51,795 nt of DNA, from the NCBI GenBank assembly GCA_010025385.1, contig RGTL01000001.1:1-51795 (forward strand), in the 5' to 3' direction. A program made the position numbers and the translations under genes. The notes under the pieces are model-generated. The model saw only the letters and a list, made by a program, of their open reading frames with translations. It did not search any database and was not told where the DNA came from. The DNA comes from Gammaproteobacteria bacterium. Its GTDB lineage: Bacteria > Pseudomonadota > Gammaproteobacteria > Arenicellales > UBA868. This document shows, one piece after another, positions 37,893 to 47,070 of the stretch (position 1 is its first letter; each line of letters begins with the position of its first letter).

Positions 37893-39291
37893 GTTTGTGC
37901 GTCACGTGCATTTCGTTGGTGTTGGCGGTGCCGGAATGAGTGGCATCGCCTCGGTTCTGATTGATCAAGGGTACGTGATCAGTGGCTCCGACCAGATCGA
38001 ATCTGAGACGACGCGATCGCTCATGCTCAAGGGCGCGCAGATCTTTATTGGTCATGATGCCGCCAACGCAAAGGGCGCTGATGTGGTGGTGGTATCGAAC
38101 GCCGTCCGCGGCGACAACGTTGAAGTGCTTCGGGCTAAAGAAGCCGGTATCCCTGTTGTTCCCCGGGCACAAATGTTGGGCGAATTAATGCGCTTTAGAA
38201 ACGGTATCGCCGTAGGCGGTACCCATGGAAAGACCACGACCACCAGCCTGATTGCCGCCGTTTTCTCCCAGGCGGGATTAGACCCGACGTTCCTGGTGGG
38301 CGGTTTGGTAAAAAGCGAGGCGGGCAACGCACGGTTAGGCAACGGCCAATGGCTGATTGCGGAGGCTGATGAAAGCGATGCGTCTTTTCTGCATCTTCAG
38401 CCACATATCGCGGTCGTTACCAATATTGATAGCGATCACATGGCCACCTATGAAGGTGATTTTGAAAAGCTGAAGGAGACCTTCCTTCGCTTTATCCATA
38501 ACCTGCCGTTCTATGGCTTGGCTATTCTGTGTACGGATGATCCCGTCATCGAGCGGCTCAGATCTCACGTATTGCGACCGGTAGTCAGTTACGGACTGGA
38601 AAAAAGCGCGGATTACCGAGCCGTCAATGTTCGGTCGGTCGGGTCTCATATGCACTTTGACGTAACGGCTGCTGGAGCGAATGGTTTTTCCGTGGAGCTT
38701 GCTCTTCCTGGCCTGCACAACGTTCAAAACGCGCTGGCCGCCATTGCCGTAGCGGACAAGGTGGGTATTAGCCCCTCAGCGATTCAGCAGGGTCTTGCGG
38801 CATTTGGTGGGATCGGGCGACGGTTTGAGATGCTGGGCGATATCCGTTTTCCGAAGGGTCGAGCACTTCTTGTGGATGATTACGCACATCACCCCCGTGA
38901 GATTGAGGCCACATTGGCGGCCGCTGAGGGATGCTGGCCAGACCGCCGAAAAGTGGTGGTGTTCCAGCCGCATCGATTTTCCCGAACGCGAGACTTGATG
39001 GACGATTTCAGCGCGCTATTGAGTCAGGTGAACTGTTTGGTGGTTGCAGAAGTTTATGCGGCGGGGGAAAAACCGCTCGCCACTGCAGATGGGCGCTCGC
39101 TGTGTCGAGCGATTCGGGCGCGTGGCGGCACGGATCCTATTTTTGTTCCGCGCATTGACCGACTTCAGGAGACGTTGTTGCCGCTTCTTCAAGACAACGA
39201 TGTGGTTCTGACACTGGGCGCCGGCGATATCGGTCGGGTTTCCCGTGAAATGGTTTCGCCGGTGAGGCTCCACGAAGGGACCTTCGGGTGA
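37885..39291 (+). CDS. murC: UDP-MurNAc:L-Ala ligase
   Basis: GVGGAGMSG, GTHGKTTT, EADESD, DDYAHHP, FQPHRFSRT. Confidence 0.97.
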   Translation: MREFVRHVHFVGVGGAGMSGIASVLIDQGYVISGSDQIESETTRSLMLKGAQIFIGHDAANAKGADVVVVSNAVRGDNVEVLRAKEAGIPVVPRAQMLGELMRFRNGIAVGGTHGKTTTTSLIAAVFSQAGLDPTFLVGGLVKSEAGNARLGNGQWLIAEADESDASFLHLQPHIAVVTNIDSDHMATYEGDFEKLKETFLRFIHNLPFYGLAILCTDDPVIERLRSHVLRPVVSYGLEKSADYRAVNVRSVGSHMHFDVTAAGANGFSVELALPGLHNVQNALAAIAVADKVGISPSAIQQGLAAFGGIGRRFEMLGDIRFPKGRALLVDDYAHHPREIEATLAAAEGCWPDRRKVVVFQPHRFSRTRDLMDDFSALLSQVNCLVVAEVYAAGEKPLATADGRSLCRAIRARGGTDPIFVPRIDRLQETLLPLLQDNDVVLTLGAGDIGRVSREMVSPVRLHEGTFG

Positions 39292-40205
39292 ATACCGCAA
39301 GCAAGAGAATGATTGAGACAGTGCAATTTAAATCGGTACGCGGGCAAGTTCGCCTCGACGAACCGATGTCTGCGCATACCAGTTGGAAGGTGGGTGGGCC
39401 GGCGCGGTATTTTTTCGAACCCGTGGACGAGGCGGATATCGCCCAATTTCTGGCTGAGTTGGATCCTGAGATGCCGGTGCTCTGGGTGGGGTTGGGCAGT
39501 AACCTGCTGGTGCGTGATGGGGGGTACCCAGGCGCGGTCATCGCTGGCCATCGCGGTTTGAGAGAGTTAAACGTGACCGATAGCGGCGTCTTCGCCCAAT
39601 CCGGGGTGTCTTGCGCCCGCCTGTCGCGCGTGGCTAGTCAACGGGGGCTCGAGGGCGCCGAATTTTTTGCCGGAATCCCTGGCACGGTCGGCGGCGCGCT
39701 TCGTATGAACGCGGGCGCCTTTGGATCAGAGACATGGCAGTACGTCAGACAGGTTCGGGTGATCGATCGCGCGGGCGATATCTCGGAGGAGTCGAGCGAT
39801 CGGTTTGCCGTTTCCTATCGCGATGTAGGTCTTGCCGAAGATCGGTGGTTCATCGGCGCCACCTTTAGCTTTCCAGGCCGCCAGGGATCCGATGGGTCTG
39901 AGGTGGTTCGCTCGCTGCTTGAGGAAAGGGGAAGACGCCAGCCTATCGGGCAAGCGAGCGCCGGATCGGTGTTCAAAAATCCGCAGGGTGATTTTGCCGC
40001 AAGACTGATCGAGGCCGCGGGACTGAAAGGGTTGCGATTGGGTGGTGCATCTGTTTCGACCCGACACGCCAATTTCATCGTGAATGATGAGCGAGCTCGC
40101 GCTAGTGATATTGAAGAATTGATCGAAAAAATACAGCAGGTCGTTTTTCAACACCATGAAATTCGTCTCGAGACCGAGATTCGTATCGTGGGAGAAAAAA
40201 GATGA
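39288..40205 (+). CDS. murB: UDP-N-acetylenolpyruvoylglucosamine reductase
   Basis: HTSWKVGG, GLGSNLL, GIPGTVGG..MNAGA, SAGSVFKNP, HANFIVN; start GTG 39288 or ATG 39309. Confidence 0.96.
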   Translation: MNTASKRMIETVQFKSVRGQVRLDEPMSAHTSWKVGGPARYFFEPVDEADIAQFLAELDPEMPVLWVGLGSNLLVRDGGYPGAVIAGHRGLRELNVTDSGVFAQSGVSCARLSRVASQRGLEGAEFFAGIPGTVGGALRMNAGAFGSETWQYVRQVRVIDRAGDISEESSDRFAVSYRDVGLAEDRWFIGATFSFPGRQGSDGSEVVRSLLEERGRRQPIGQASAGSVFKNPQGDFAARLIEAAGLKGLRLGGASVSTRHANFIVNDERARASDIEELIEKIQQVVFQHHEIRLETEIRIVGEKR

Positions 40206-41050
40206 CTGATTTACGAGCGAACATGTCAAAAATGGGTATCGGTGGGAGCGCCCAGCGGATGGACAACGAGTCAGCGGATACGGGGGTCGCAAGACGGACG
40301 TGGCCTATTTTTGCGGGGTTCATCGTTCTGATCGCGCTGGCGTTGGGCGTAGATCGTGTTGTCCGGTCAGGGTATTTCACGATTCAGCGCGTCGAAGTGA
40401 TGACCTCCCTGGATGTGGTGGATCGCGGCATGGTTGAGCGTGCGGCGTGGCGGAGCCTTACTGGCAACTACTTAAACGTCGATCTGCGGAGAATCGAAAC
40501 GAAGCTGGAACGTTTACCGGGTGTATACCAATCAGTGGTTCGACGCGTGTGGCCCGATACGCTGGCCATTGAGATCAATGAGACCCATGCGCGCGCCGAG
40601 TACCGCGAGTGGGGGGTGGCAGGCGCGGTTTCGAGCGCTCGATTTATCAACCTGCCTCCGGAATATATGCTGGAGGTGCCTCCGGTTCTCGAAGGACCTG
40701 CCCCATATCAGAACGTGTTGGCCGAGACGTTTCGCTCGATATTGGTCCCACTCACTGCAGCTGGTCTTTTGCCCCAGCGATTATCCGTCAGTCCTGCCGG
40801 CCGTTGGGAGATGGAGTTAATTGCTAAGCCGGCGTCCTCAAGACCAGCTTTTAGGGTCTTGTTAGGACGAGAGGACATTCAACAGAAGGTAGCGCGTTTT
40901 GCGGATAGTTATCAGAGTGCGCTTGCCAGCAGAGCAGGATTTATTTCCCGGGTCGATATGCGATACGCCAATGGATTTGCCGTTCGCTGGATAGACGACG
41001 CGAATCAAGAGGGTTACCAACTGGCCTCGCTAACGACGCGTCAGGACTGA
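40202..41050 (+). CDS. ftsQ: cell division protein FtsQ
   Basis: TM segment, POTRA domain (VRRVWPDTL), VDMRYANGFAV; the true start may be ATG 40259. Confidence 0.88.
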   Translation: MTDLRANMSKMGIGGSAQRMDNESADTGVARRTWPIFAGFIVLIALALGVDRVVRSGYFTIQRVEVMTSLDVVDRGMVERAAWRSLTGNYLNVDLRRIETKLERLPGVYQSVVRRVWPDTLAIEINETHARAEYREWGVAGAVSSARFINLPPEYMLEVPPVLEGPAPYQNVLAETFRSILVPLTAAGLLPQRLSVSPAGRWEMELIAKPASSRPAFRVLLGREDIQQKVARFADSYQSALASRAGFISRVDMRYANGFAVRWIDDANQEGYQLASLTTRQD

Positions 41051-41059
41051 GAAACGGCA

Positions 41060-42316
41060 ATGAGCAGAAAAGCGGCTAATGAAATTATCGTCGGGCTGGA
41101 TATCGGCACATCAAAGATTCTTGCTGTCGTGGCGGAGGTTAAGGAAAACGACGAAATAGAAATTCTCGGTGTCGGCCAGCACCCTTCGCGCGGTCTTCGT
41201 AAGGGGGTGGTCGCGAACATTGACTCTACTGTGCAATCGATCCAGTTAGCGATAGAGGATGCCGAGCTGACGGCGGAATGCCGTATCAGCTCCGTCTACG
41301 CCGGAATAGCCGGCGCCCACATTAACAGCATGAATTCACATGGGGTCGCCGCGATTAAAAACCGCGACGAGGTCAGCGCCGAGGACGTCGAGCGTGTGCT
41401 TGACGCGGCCCAAGCCCAGGCTATTCCTAATGATCAGCGCGTTCTACATATCTTGCCTCAGGACTTCATCATCGATGGGCAGGAGGGGATTCGAGAACCC
41501 ATCGGGATGAGTGGCGTCCGCTTAGAGGCGAAAGTGCACATCATTACGGGCGCCGTTAGCGCAGCTCAGAACATCATGAAATGCATCACGCGGTGCGGGC
41601 TTGAGGTGGAGGATGTGGTGTTGGAGCAGATTGCATCCAGTTACGCGGTCCTTGATGAAGACGAAAAAGAGCTCGGTGTCTGCATGGTCGATATCGGTGG
41701 CGGGACGACAGACATTGCGGTGTTCACCGATGGCGCCATTCGACACACGGCCGTTCTCCCTATCGCCGGCGATCAGATTACTAATGACATTGCGGTCGCG
41801 TTGCGTACGCCCACTCAGGCGGCTGAGGAGTTAAAAAAGAAATACGGTAGTGCGCTTGTCCATCTGGCTCCCGAGGGCGAAATGATTGACACACCCAGCG
41901 TGGGCGAGCGAGCGCCTCGAAAACTCGCCCGGACGACGTTGGCCGATGTCATTGAGCCACGGGTTGAAGAGCTGTTTCTGCTTGTCCAGGCCGAGCTGCG
42001 GAGAAGCGGCTATGAGGAGCTTCTTGGCACGGGGATTGTGCTGACCGGCGGCAGCGCAAAGTTGACCGGGATGGTCGATCTTGCCGAGGAGATTTTTCAT
42101 ATGCCGGTGCGACTCGGCGTCCCTCAGTATGTAGGCGCCTTAAGCGATGTCGTGCGTAACCCGTCATTTTCGACGGGCGTGGGACTTATTCTCTTTGGCC
42201 AACGGCATCAGAACCGGCCGGGCCATAGGGCCGGTCGCTCAGCGTCCTCCCAGCCGTCGGAGCTTCTTGGTCGAATGAAGCGCTGGTTCTTGCAAACCCG
42301 GGGAGAGGACGCTTGA
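41060..42316 (+). CDS. ftsA: cell division protein FtsA
   Basis: GLDIGTSK, VDIGGGTTD, LTGGSA, C-terminal amphipathic RMKRWF. Confidence 0.97.
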   Translation: MSRKAANEIIVGLDIGTSKILAVVAEVKENDEIEILGVGQHPSRGLRKGVVANIDSTVQSIQLAIEDAELTAECRISSVYAGIAGAHINSMNSHGVAAIKNRDEVSAEDVERVLDAAQAQAIPNDQRVLHILPQDFIIDGQEGIREPIGMSGVRLEAKVHIITGAVSAAQNIMKCITRCGLEVEDVVLEQIASSYAVLDEDEKELGVCMVDIGGGTTDIAVFTDGAIRHTAVLPIAGDQITNDIAVALRTPTQAAEELKKKYGSALVHLAPEGEMIDTPSVGERAPRKLARTTLADVIEPRVEELFLLVQAELRRSGYEELLGTGIVLTGGSAKLTGMVDLAEEIFHMPVRLGVPQYVGALSDVVRNPSFSTGVGLILFGQRHQNRPGHRAGRSASSQPSELLGRMKRWFLQTRGEDA

Positions 42317-42418
42317 TCTGGCAGGACAACCATTTTTCAAACGGGTTGATGGGACGTAGTTCCTCATTCGGCTCGACTTTAATTTTTTCATTTACACCTT
42401 CACAACAGGAGAGACGCT

Positions 42419-43564
42419 ATGCCTTTTGAACTCATGGAAGTTTCCGGTCGCCAGGCCGTTATCAAGGTACTTGGAATCGGTGGGGGCGGCGGCAACGCAG
42501 TCGATCATATGCTTTCAGCGCATCTCGATGGTGTTGAGTTCATTAATGCCAATACCGATGCCCAGGCTCTGCATCGATCGGGTGTGGCAAAAGTCATGCA
42601 GTTAGGTGAGGGTTTAACGCGTGGCCTCGGCGCTGGAGCGAATCCCGAAGTGGGGCGTCAGGCAGCCACAGAGGATCGAGACAAGATAGCGGCCGCTCTT
42701 GACGGGACAGACATGGTGTTTATTACCGCGGGCATGGGCGGCGGAACAGGAACGGGCGCTGCACCGGTGATCGCGCAGTTGGCCAGGGAGAAAGGTATTT
42801 TGACTGTTGCGGTGGTGACACGACCTTTTAAATTCGAAGGGAAAAAGCGCATCGAGGCAGCCGAGGTTGGCATCAAGGAACTGGGTGAGATTGTGGACTC
42901 TCTGATTGTGATTCCCAATGAGCGCATCCTGGAGGTGATGGGTGGCAACGTGACGTTGCTGGATGCTTTTGCAAAAGCAAACGAGATTCTTTTTAACGCG
43001 GTTCAGGGCATCTCGGAGCTCATCACCCGGCCAGGCCTTATCAATGTTGACTTTGCTGATGTGCGGACCGTCATGTCAGAAATGGGGGTTGCCATGATGG
43101 GATCGGCGACGGCGTCAGGACCGGATCGTGCGATAGAGGCGGCCCGTGGTGCAGTGTCTAGCCCATTGCTCGAGGAAGTCGATATTCATGGCGCAAAAGG
43201 CCTTCTGGTTAATGTCTCTGCAGGTCCGGATATGCAGCTGGAGGAATTTGCTCAGGTTGGGGAGATTGTGAACGAGTATGCCTCGGAAGACGGCACCGTC
43301 GTCATCGGAACTGTCCTGGATCCAGAGATGGAAGGCGATCTGCGTGTCACCATGGTGGCTACCGGTATACGCAAGGCGCCTCAGATGACCCTTGTACAGG
43401 GTAGCGATCATGAAGAGGCAGGCGCCGAAGACGTGGATTACGACCAACCCACGGTGATTCGCCGCCGGCCGCGCACCGCGGGTGATCTAAACGCTCAGGG
43501 CAACGCCGCGGTCGATATGGAGTATCTCGACGTGCCCGCTTTTTTGCGGCGACAGGCGGATTAG
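42419..43564 (+). CDS. ftsZ: cell division protein FtsZ
   Basis: GGGGGNA, GMGGGTGTG, NVDFAD, C-terminal LDVPAFLRRQAD. Confidence 0.98.
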   Translation: MPFELMEVSGRQAVIKVLGIGGGGGNAVDHMLSAHLDGVEFINANTDAQALHRSGVAKVMQLGEGLTRGLGAGANPEVGRQAATEDRDKIAAALDGTDMVFITAGMGGGTGTGAAPVIAQLAREKGILTVAVVTRPFKFEGKKRIEAAEVGIKELGEIVDSLIVIPNERILEVMGGNVTLLDAFAKANEILFNAVQGISELITRPGLINVDFADVRTVMSEMGVAMMGSATASGPDRAIEAARGAVSSPLLEEVDIHGAKGLLVNVSAGPDMQLEEFAQVGEIVNEYASEDGTVVIGTVLDPEMEGDLRVTMVATGIRKAPQMTLVQGSDHEEAGAEDVDYDQPTVIRRRPRTAGDLNAQGNAAVDMEYLDVPAFLRRQAD

Positions 43565-43732
43565 TCAAAAACACATTAAAAACAGCAGGTTATAAAAAAT
43601 CAGGTCCGTCAAAAATTATGCAAAAAAAAGGGTGAAATAATTTCAAAAAGCGTTCTAATCCCTGATCTTTCTGTGTAAACTTCCCGCCGGTGGGGTATTT
43701 CACCCCCAAAAAGCGGGATTTACGGAAGATTG

Positions 43733-44644
43733 ATGATTCGTCAGCGCACGCTAAAAAATGTGATCGGTGCGACCGGTGTGGGACTTCACACCGGAAAAAA
43801 GGTCTTTCTCACCCTTCGACCGGCACCCGTCGGGACAGGAATCGTCTTCCGTCGGGTTGATCTTGATCCGGTGGCAGAGATCCCGGCGTCGCTTGAACAT
43901 GTACGAGACACGCGACTGTCCACGACACTGGAATACGACGGCGTGCGCGTCTCCACCGTCGAGCATTTGATGTCAGCATTCGCGGGGCTTCACATCGACA
44001 ACGCGATTGTTGAGCTGGACTCGGACGAAGTGCCGATTATGGATGGCAGTGCTGCGGTGTTCGTATTCCTAATTCAATCGGCCGGCGTGGAACTCCAGAG
44101 CGCAGCCAAAGAATTTATCCGGATCACCGAGCCAATCGAGGTGCGTGACGGCGACAAGTGGGCCCGCTTCGAGCCCTTCGATGGCTTTAAAGTAACGTTC
44201 AGTATCGATTTCGATCATCCCACCATGCAGTCATCGGCCCAGCAGGCCACGGTCGATCTGGCAGAAATATCATTCGCCAGAGAGGTCAGTCGCGCCCGGA
44301 CGTTTGGCTTCCTGCGCGACGTAGAAGCATTGCAGGAAGCAGGCCTTGCCCGAGGAGGCAGTCTCGATAATGCGATTGTCATGGATGAACACCGAGTGAT
44401 AAATGACGACGGGCTGAGATACGGAGATGAGTTTGTGAAGCATAAAATTCTCGACGCGATTGGTGATCTCTATCTGCTCGGTCGACCCTTGATCGGTTCG
44501 TTTTCGGCCCACAAGTCCGGACATGCGCTAAACAACGGACTTTTGCGGGAGCTGGTGAAGCAAAGTGGCCGGTGGGAACGGGTCGCGTTTGATGGCGACC
44601 GTCCAGATTCCGAAAGCCGTTTCCTGCATCCCGCGTTCGCTTAG
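43733..44644 (+). CDS. lpxC: UDP-3-O-acyl-GlcNAc deacetylase
   Basis: [43 protein letters not shown]. Confidence 0.97.
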   Translation: MIRQRTLKNVIGATGVGLHTGKKVFLTLRPAPVGTGIVFRRVDLDPVAEIPASLEHVRDTRLSTTLEYDGVRVSTVEHLMSAFAGLHIDNAIVELDSDEVPIMDGSAAVFVFLIQSAGVELQSAAKEFIRITEPIEVRDGDKWARFEPFDGFKVTFSIDFDHPTMQSSAQQATVDLAEISFAREVSRARTFGFLRDVEALQEAGLARGGSLDNAIVMDEHRVINDDGLRYGDEFVKHKILDAIGDLYLLGRPLIGSFSAHKSGHALNNGLLRELVKQSGRWERVAFDGDRPDSESRFLHPAFA

Positions 44645-44667
44645 CCTCACACCTTAGGGCAACGCTC

Positions 44668-44691
44668 GGGCGATCGGACGCCTTTCTTTTT
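44668..44691 (+). terminator. weak intrinsic terminator after lpxC
   Basis: GGGCG-ATCGGA-CGCCT followed by TTCTTTTT. Confidence 0.45.
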
Positions 44692-44845
44692 CGCGCCCAT
44701 CTGGCGCAAAATGCCTGCTACCGCTCTGGCCCTCTAAAAGGCTATCGAGCGTTGAATAACACGTCGCCTGCGCCTTGTCTTATGGGTAGGCGAGCGGTCG
44801 TGTTTCACGATTAAGATGACGAGCACTCCTCGGGGAAAACGGGAT

Positions 44846-45838
44846 ATGGGTGATATCAGAACATTCGGTGTCGTGGGCTCTGGAATTATCGGAGCGGGCT
44901 GGGCAGCGCGCGCTCTGGCGGCAGGTCTGGACGTGCTTGCCTATGATCCCGAGTCGGGGGCCGAGCATCGTTTGAGAAAAAAAATTGATCAGATCTGGCC
45001 GGTTCTTGAGCGGACCGGATTGTTCCCGGATGCGTCCAGAGATCGGTTGACATTCTGTGACTCGCTAGAGGAGGTGGCGGTTGGTTCCCAGTTCATTCAG
45101 GAGAGCGCGCCTGAGCGAATCGATCTTAAAGTGAAGCTTCATTCGCAGATAGACGCAGCCGCGTCAAAAGACACGATTATTGCGTCGAGTACGTCAGGAC
45201 TTTTACCGACCGAATTTCAGGCCCAATGTGTTCATCCTGGGCGGGTTATTGTGGGGCATCCCTTCAATCCGGTTTATTTACTTCCGCTGGTTGAAGTCTT
45301 GGGCGGAGAGCGCACGAGCGCCGAAAGCCTTGATGCAGCCGTCGCTTTCTACCAGCGTATCGGCATGTATCCGCTACGGGTGCGATCGGAGGTCCCCGGC
45401 TTTTTGTCTGATCGTCTCCAGGAGGCTTTGTGGCGAGAGATCCTCCATTTGGTGAACGACGACGTGGCCACGCCGGCGGAGCTAGACGCGGCCATAGCGT
45501 ACGGCCCGGGCCTCAGGTGGGCGCTGTGGGGCGCTTGCCAGATTTTCCATCTGGCTGCCCAGCCCGGGGGCATGGGACAGTTTCTGAAGCACTTTGACCC
45601 CGCCTTATTCCCCTGGACGAAACTCGAGCCGCCGCAAATTACGGAAGCGCTCGCTCAAAAGATGCATGAAGGCTGCGAGACCCTGGCAGGTGATCTCAGT
45701 ATTGATGAGATGGAACAGGTAAGAGACGACGCGCTTATTGGCATCATTGAGTCATTGCAAAAACGCAACCTCGGAGCGGGCAAGGTATTTAATGACCACC
45801 AGCACCGCATTCGGACCGCGAAAGAGGCGAAGAGATAA
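44846..45838 (+). CDS. lcdH: L-carnitine 3-dehydrogenase (3-hydroxyacyl-CoA dehydrogenase family)
   Basis: GSGIIGAGWAAR, QESAPER, SSTSG, GHPFNPVYLLPLVE, DRLQEALWRE, GPGLRWA; no fused thioesterase domain. Confidence 0.82.
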   Translation: MGDIRTFGVVGSGIIGAGWAARALAAGLDVLAYDPESGAEHRLRKKIDQIWPVLERTGLFPDASRDRLTFCDSLEEVAVGSQFIQESAPERIDLKVKLHSQIDAAASKDTIIASSTSGLLPTEFQAQCVHPGRVIVGHPFNPVYLLPLVEVLGGERTSAESLDAAVAFYQRIGMYPLRVRSEVPGFLSDRLQEALWREILHLVNDDVATPAELDAAIAYGPGLRWALWGACQIFHLAAQPGGMGQFLKHFDPALFPWTKLEPPQITEALAQKMHEGCETLAGDLSIDEMEQVRDDALIGIIESLQKRNLGAGKVFNDHQHRIRTAKEAKR

Positions 45839-45900
45839 GCCGCCTGGATATAGTGCAGACTGAACGGTAAACGGAAACTAGAGGAGAACGGAAATAAAGA

Positions 45901-47061
45901 ATGGAATTTTCGCTTAGCACCGAACAGCAGATGCTCGTTGAGAGTGCTCGGGCATTTGCTGAAAAAGAGTTGTACCCCTATGAAGATGAAGTCGAAGCCT
46001 CCGACGAGGTCCGGCCGGAGTTGGCTCAGCAGATTCGGGAGCGGGCCATCGAGAAAGGGTTCTATGCGGTAAACATGCCGGAGACCTTGGGTGGAGGCGG
46101 GTTGGATTGCGTATCTCTCTCATTGGTTGAGCGTGAGCTGGGCCGGGCTAACTTTGCTCTTCAGTACCTGGTGGGTCGTCCCAGTAACATCCTTCAGGCG
46201 TGCTCGGGCGATCAACGTGAGCGCTACCTCTTCCCTTGCATCCGCGGAGAAAAAACCGACTGCCTGGCGATGACCGAGCCCGGCGCAGGGTCGGATCTGA
46301 GATCCATGCAGTGCCGGGCGGACAAGCATGGCAGCGACTACCTGATCAACGGCACTAAACATTTCATCAGTCATGCAGACCTCGCCGACTTTGTGATCCT
46401 TTTTGCCGCGACGGGCGAAGAGGAATCCGCTCGCGGGCCTCGCAAGTTGATCAGCGCGTTTCTGGTGGACAAAGGAACGCCGGGTTTTTCAGTGCGCCGC
46501 GGTTATCACAGCGTCTCTCATCGGGGATACCACAACTGTATTCTGGAGTTTGATAACTGTCGCGTTCCTGCCGCGCAAATGCTTGGCGAAGAGCACTGCG
46601 GTTTCAATGTCGCGAACGATTGGTTGGGGGCCACACGCCTTCAGGTCGCAGCGATGTGTCTGGGTCGTGCGCATCGCGCCCTTGAACATGCCATCGACTG
46701 GGCAGCCGAGCGCAAGCAGTTTGGTCAGTTCATTGGGCGCTTTCAGGGAGTGGGGTTCAAACTCGCGGACATGAAACTGCGCTTGGAAGCGGCCGAGTTA
46801 TTGACCCTCCAGGCGGCGTGGAAGACCGACGAGGGAAGCGCAACGGATACCGACTATGCAATGGCAAAACTCTTTACCACCGAGACGCTTGCCTTCATCG
46901 CTGATGAAGCCATTCAAATTCACGGCGGCATGGGGTTAATGTCCGACCTTCCGCTGGAGCGTATTTGGCGCGATGCCCGGGTGGAGCGCATTTGGGAGGG
47001 AACCAGCGAAATCCAGCGGCACATCATCTCTCGTGACATGCTCCGGCCACGCTGGACCTAA
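45901..47061 (+). CDS. acyl-CoA dehydrogenase, probable gamma-butyrobetainyl-CoA dehydrogenase
   Basis: AMTEPGAGSD, NGTKHFIS, RKQFG, QIHGGMG, RIWEGTSEIQR; substrate inferred from context. Confidence 0.85.
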   Translation: MEFSLSTEQQMLVESARAFAEKELYPYEDEVEASDEVRPELAQQIRERAIEKGFYAVNMPETLGGGGLDCVSLSLVERELGRANFALQYLVGRPSNILQACSGDQRERYLFPCIRGEKTDCLAMTEPGAGSDLRSMQCRADKHGSDYLINGTKHFISHADLADFVILFAATGEEESARGPRKLISAFLVDKGTPGFSVRRGYHSVSHRGYHNCILEFDNCRVPAAQMLGEEHCGFNVANDWLGATRLQVAAMCLGRAHRALEHAIDWAAERKQFGQFIGRFQGVGFKLADMKLRLEAAELLTLQAAWKTDEGSATDTDYAMAKLFTTETLAFIADEAIQIHGGMGLMSDLPLERIWRDARVERIWEGTSEIQRHIISRDMLRPRWT

Positions 47062-47070
47062 ACCACTCTC

